Below are positions 31,751 through 32,000 of a DNA stretch of 32,000 nucleotides, piece after piece. The notes below the pieces were generated by a model, which saw only the letters and a list, made by a program, of their open reading frames with translations, made no database searches and was not told where the DNA came from. Made by a program: the position numbers and the translations under genes. Position 1 is the first letter of the stretch. Every line of letters starts with the position of its first letter. The stretch covers positions 30,001 through 62,000 of the forward strand of contig JAPLKZ010000010.1 in NCBI GenBank assembly GCA_026387835.1. The letters run 5' to 3'. This DNA comes from Candidatus Saganbacteria bacterium (lineage in GTDB: Bacteria; Margulisbacteria; WOR-1; JAKLHX01).

Positions 31751-31782
31751 AAAATCGCTTATTCTATTAAAGGAGCAACGAC

Positions 31783-32000
31783 ATGTTAAACAGCGTAGAA
31801 GATTTTATGAAAAAGGTGATGGAAAGGAATCCCAACGAACCGGAATTCATGCAGGCAGTGAGCGAAGTGGTCGAATCCGTGATGCCGTTCATCGAAAAGA
31901 ACCCGAAATACCAGAAAGCAAAGGTACTAGAAAGGATGGTCGAGCCTGAGAGAGTGATAATGTTCAGGGTCCCCTGGCTCAACGATAAAGGGGATATCCA
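31783..32000 (+). CDS. gdhA: NADP-specific glutamate dehydrogenase, 5' end (truncated by the window edge)
   Basis: Hand translation from ATG 31783 (AAAGGAG SD 7 nt upstream) gives MLNSVEDFMKKVMERNPNEPEFMQAVSEVVESVMPFIEKNPKYQKAKVLERMVEPERVIMFRVPWLNDKGDI, colinear with the GdhA N-terminus. It is missing from the ORF track because no stop falls in the window. Confidence 0.9.
   Translation, partial: MLNSVEDFMKKVMERNPNEPEFMQAVSEVVESVMPFIEKNPKYQKAKVLERMVEPERVIMFRVPWLNDKGDI

Noticed and set aside
31731-31982. Track ORFs 31731-31949 (+) and 31767-31982 (-) at the right edge
   Set aside because: The real gene here is gdhA in another plus-strand frame (ATG 31783 with an AAAGGAG SD). The listed ORFs are out-of-frame or antisense artefacts.
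1-32000. CRISPR arrays, IS elements, integrases, phage genes or rRNA/tRNA anywhere in the window
   Set aside because: I found no regularly spaced direct repeats and no transposase, recombinase or RT-like ORFs, so the 15-22.6 kb block cannot be called a mobile island on this evidence.

Overview
Bacterial chromosomal window. I saw no rRNA, tRNA, CRISPR array, transposase or integrase. All product calls rest on motif-level recognition from memory, because no database search could be run.

Backbone (housekeeping):
- Left side: a UPF0200/CoaE-like kinase, an LCP protein, a ferritin-like protein, an HI0933-type flavoprotein and maf.
- Centre: a Firmicutes-style syntenic block lepA-hemW-hrcA-grpE-dnaK-dnaJ-rsmE followed by pgm. 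A perfect TTGACA-N17-TATAAT promoter and a CIRCE operator precede hrcA.
- Right side: panE and tldD, then a very compact minus-strand gene string (mutarotase-like gene, small Zn-ribbon ORFs, coaX, lysS, metV, metF, an NTase-fold gene and a 57-aa ORF absent from the track). A GAF-ANTAR regulator and the 5' end of gdhA (also absent from the track) close the window.

Accessory content:
- A RelE-type toxin-antitoxin pair plus GC-rich palindromic repeats sits between hemW and hrcA.
- A 144-nt inverted-repeat-bounded element lies between dnaK and dnaJ.

Most unusual region (15.0-22.6 kb):
- Two paralogous proteins (415 and 779 aa) are built from eight copies of a ~105-130 aa module I cannot assign to any known domain.
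- They are transcribed divergently from a 570-aa protein and a divergent phosphohexomutase.
- The 570-aa protein has a 6-phosphogluconolactonase/NagB-like N-terminal half with substituted catalytic residues, fused to an unknown helical domain.
- The phosphohexomutase carries an ~85-aa N-terminal extension and is split by a 1-nt frame change.
- The block ends in a strong terminator. It is my best candidate for an undescribed system, and its function is unknown.

Other notable points:
- Three independent reading-frame disruptions occur: lepA (about 40-nt deletion), the phosphohexomutase-like gene, and an A6 tract in a small Zn-ribbon gene.
- -10 hexamers lie 7-9 nt upstream of ATGs that lack Shine-Dalgarno sequences, which fits leaderless mRNAs.
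- A ~45-nt duplicated promoter/operator segment flanks the mutarotase-like gene.
- Twin hairpins that may be an ANTAR target lie upstream of gdhA.
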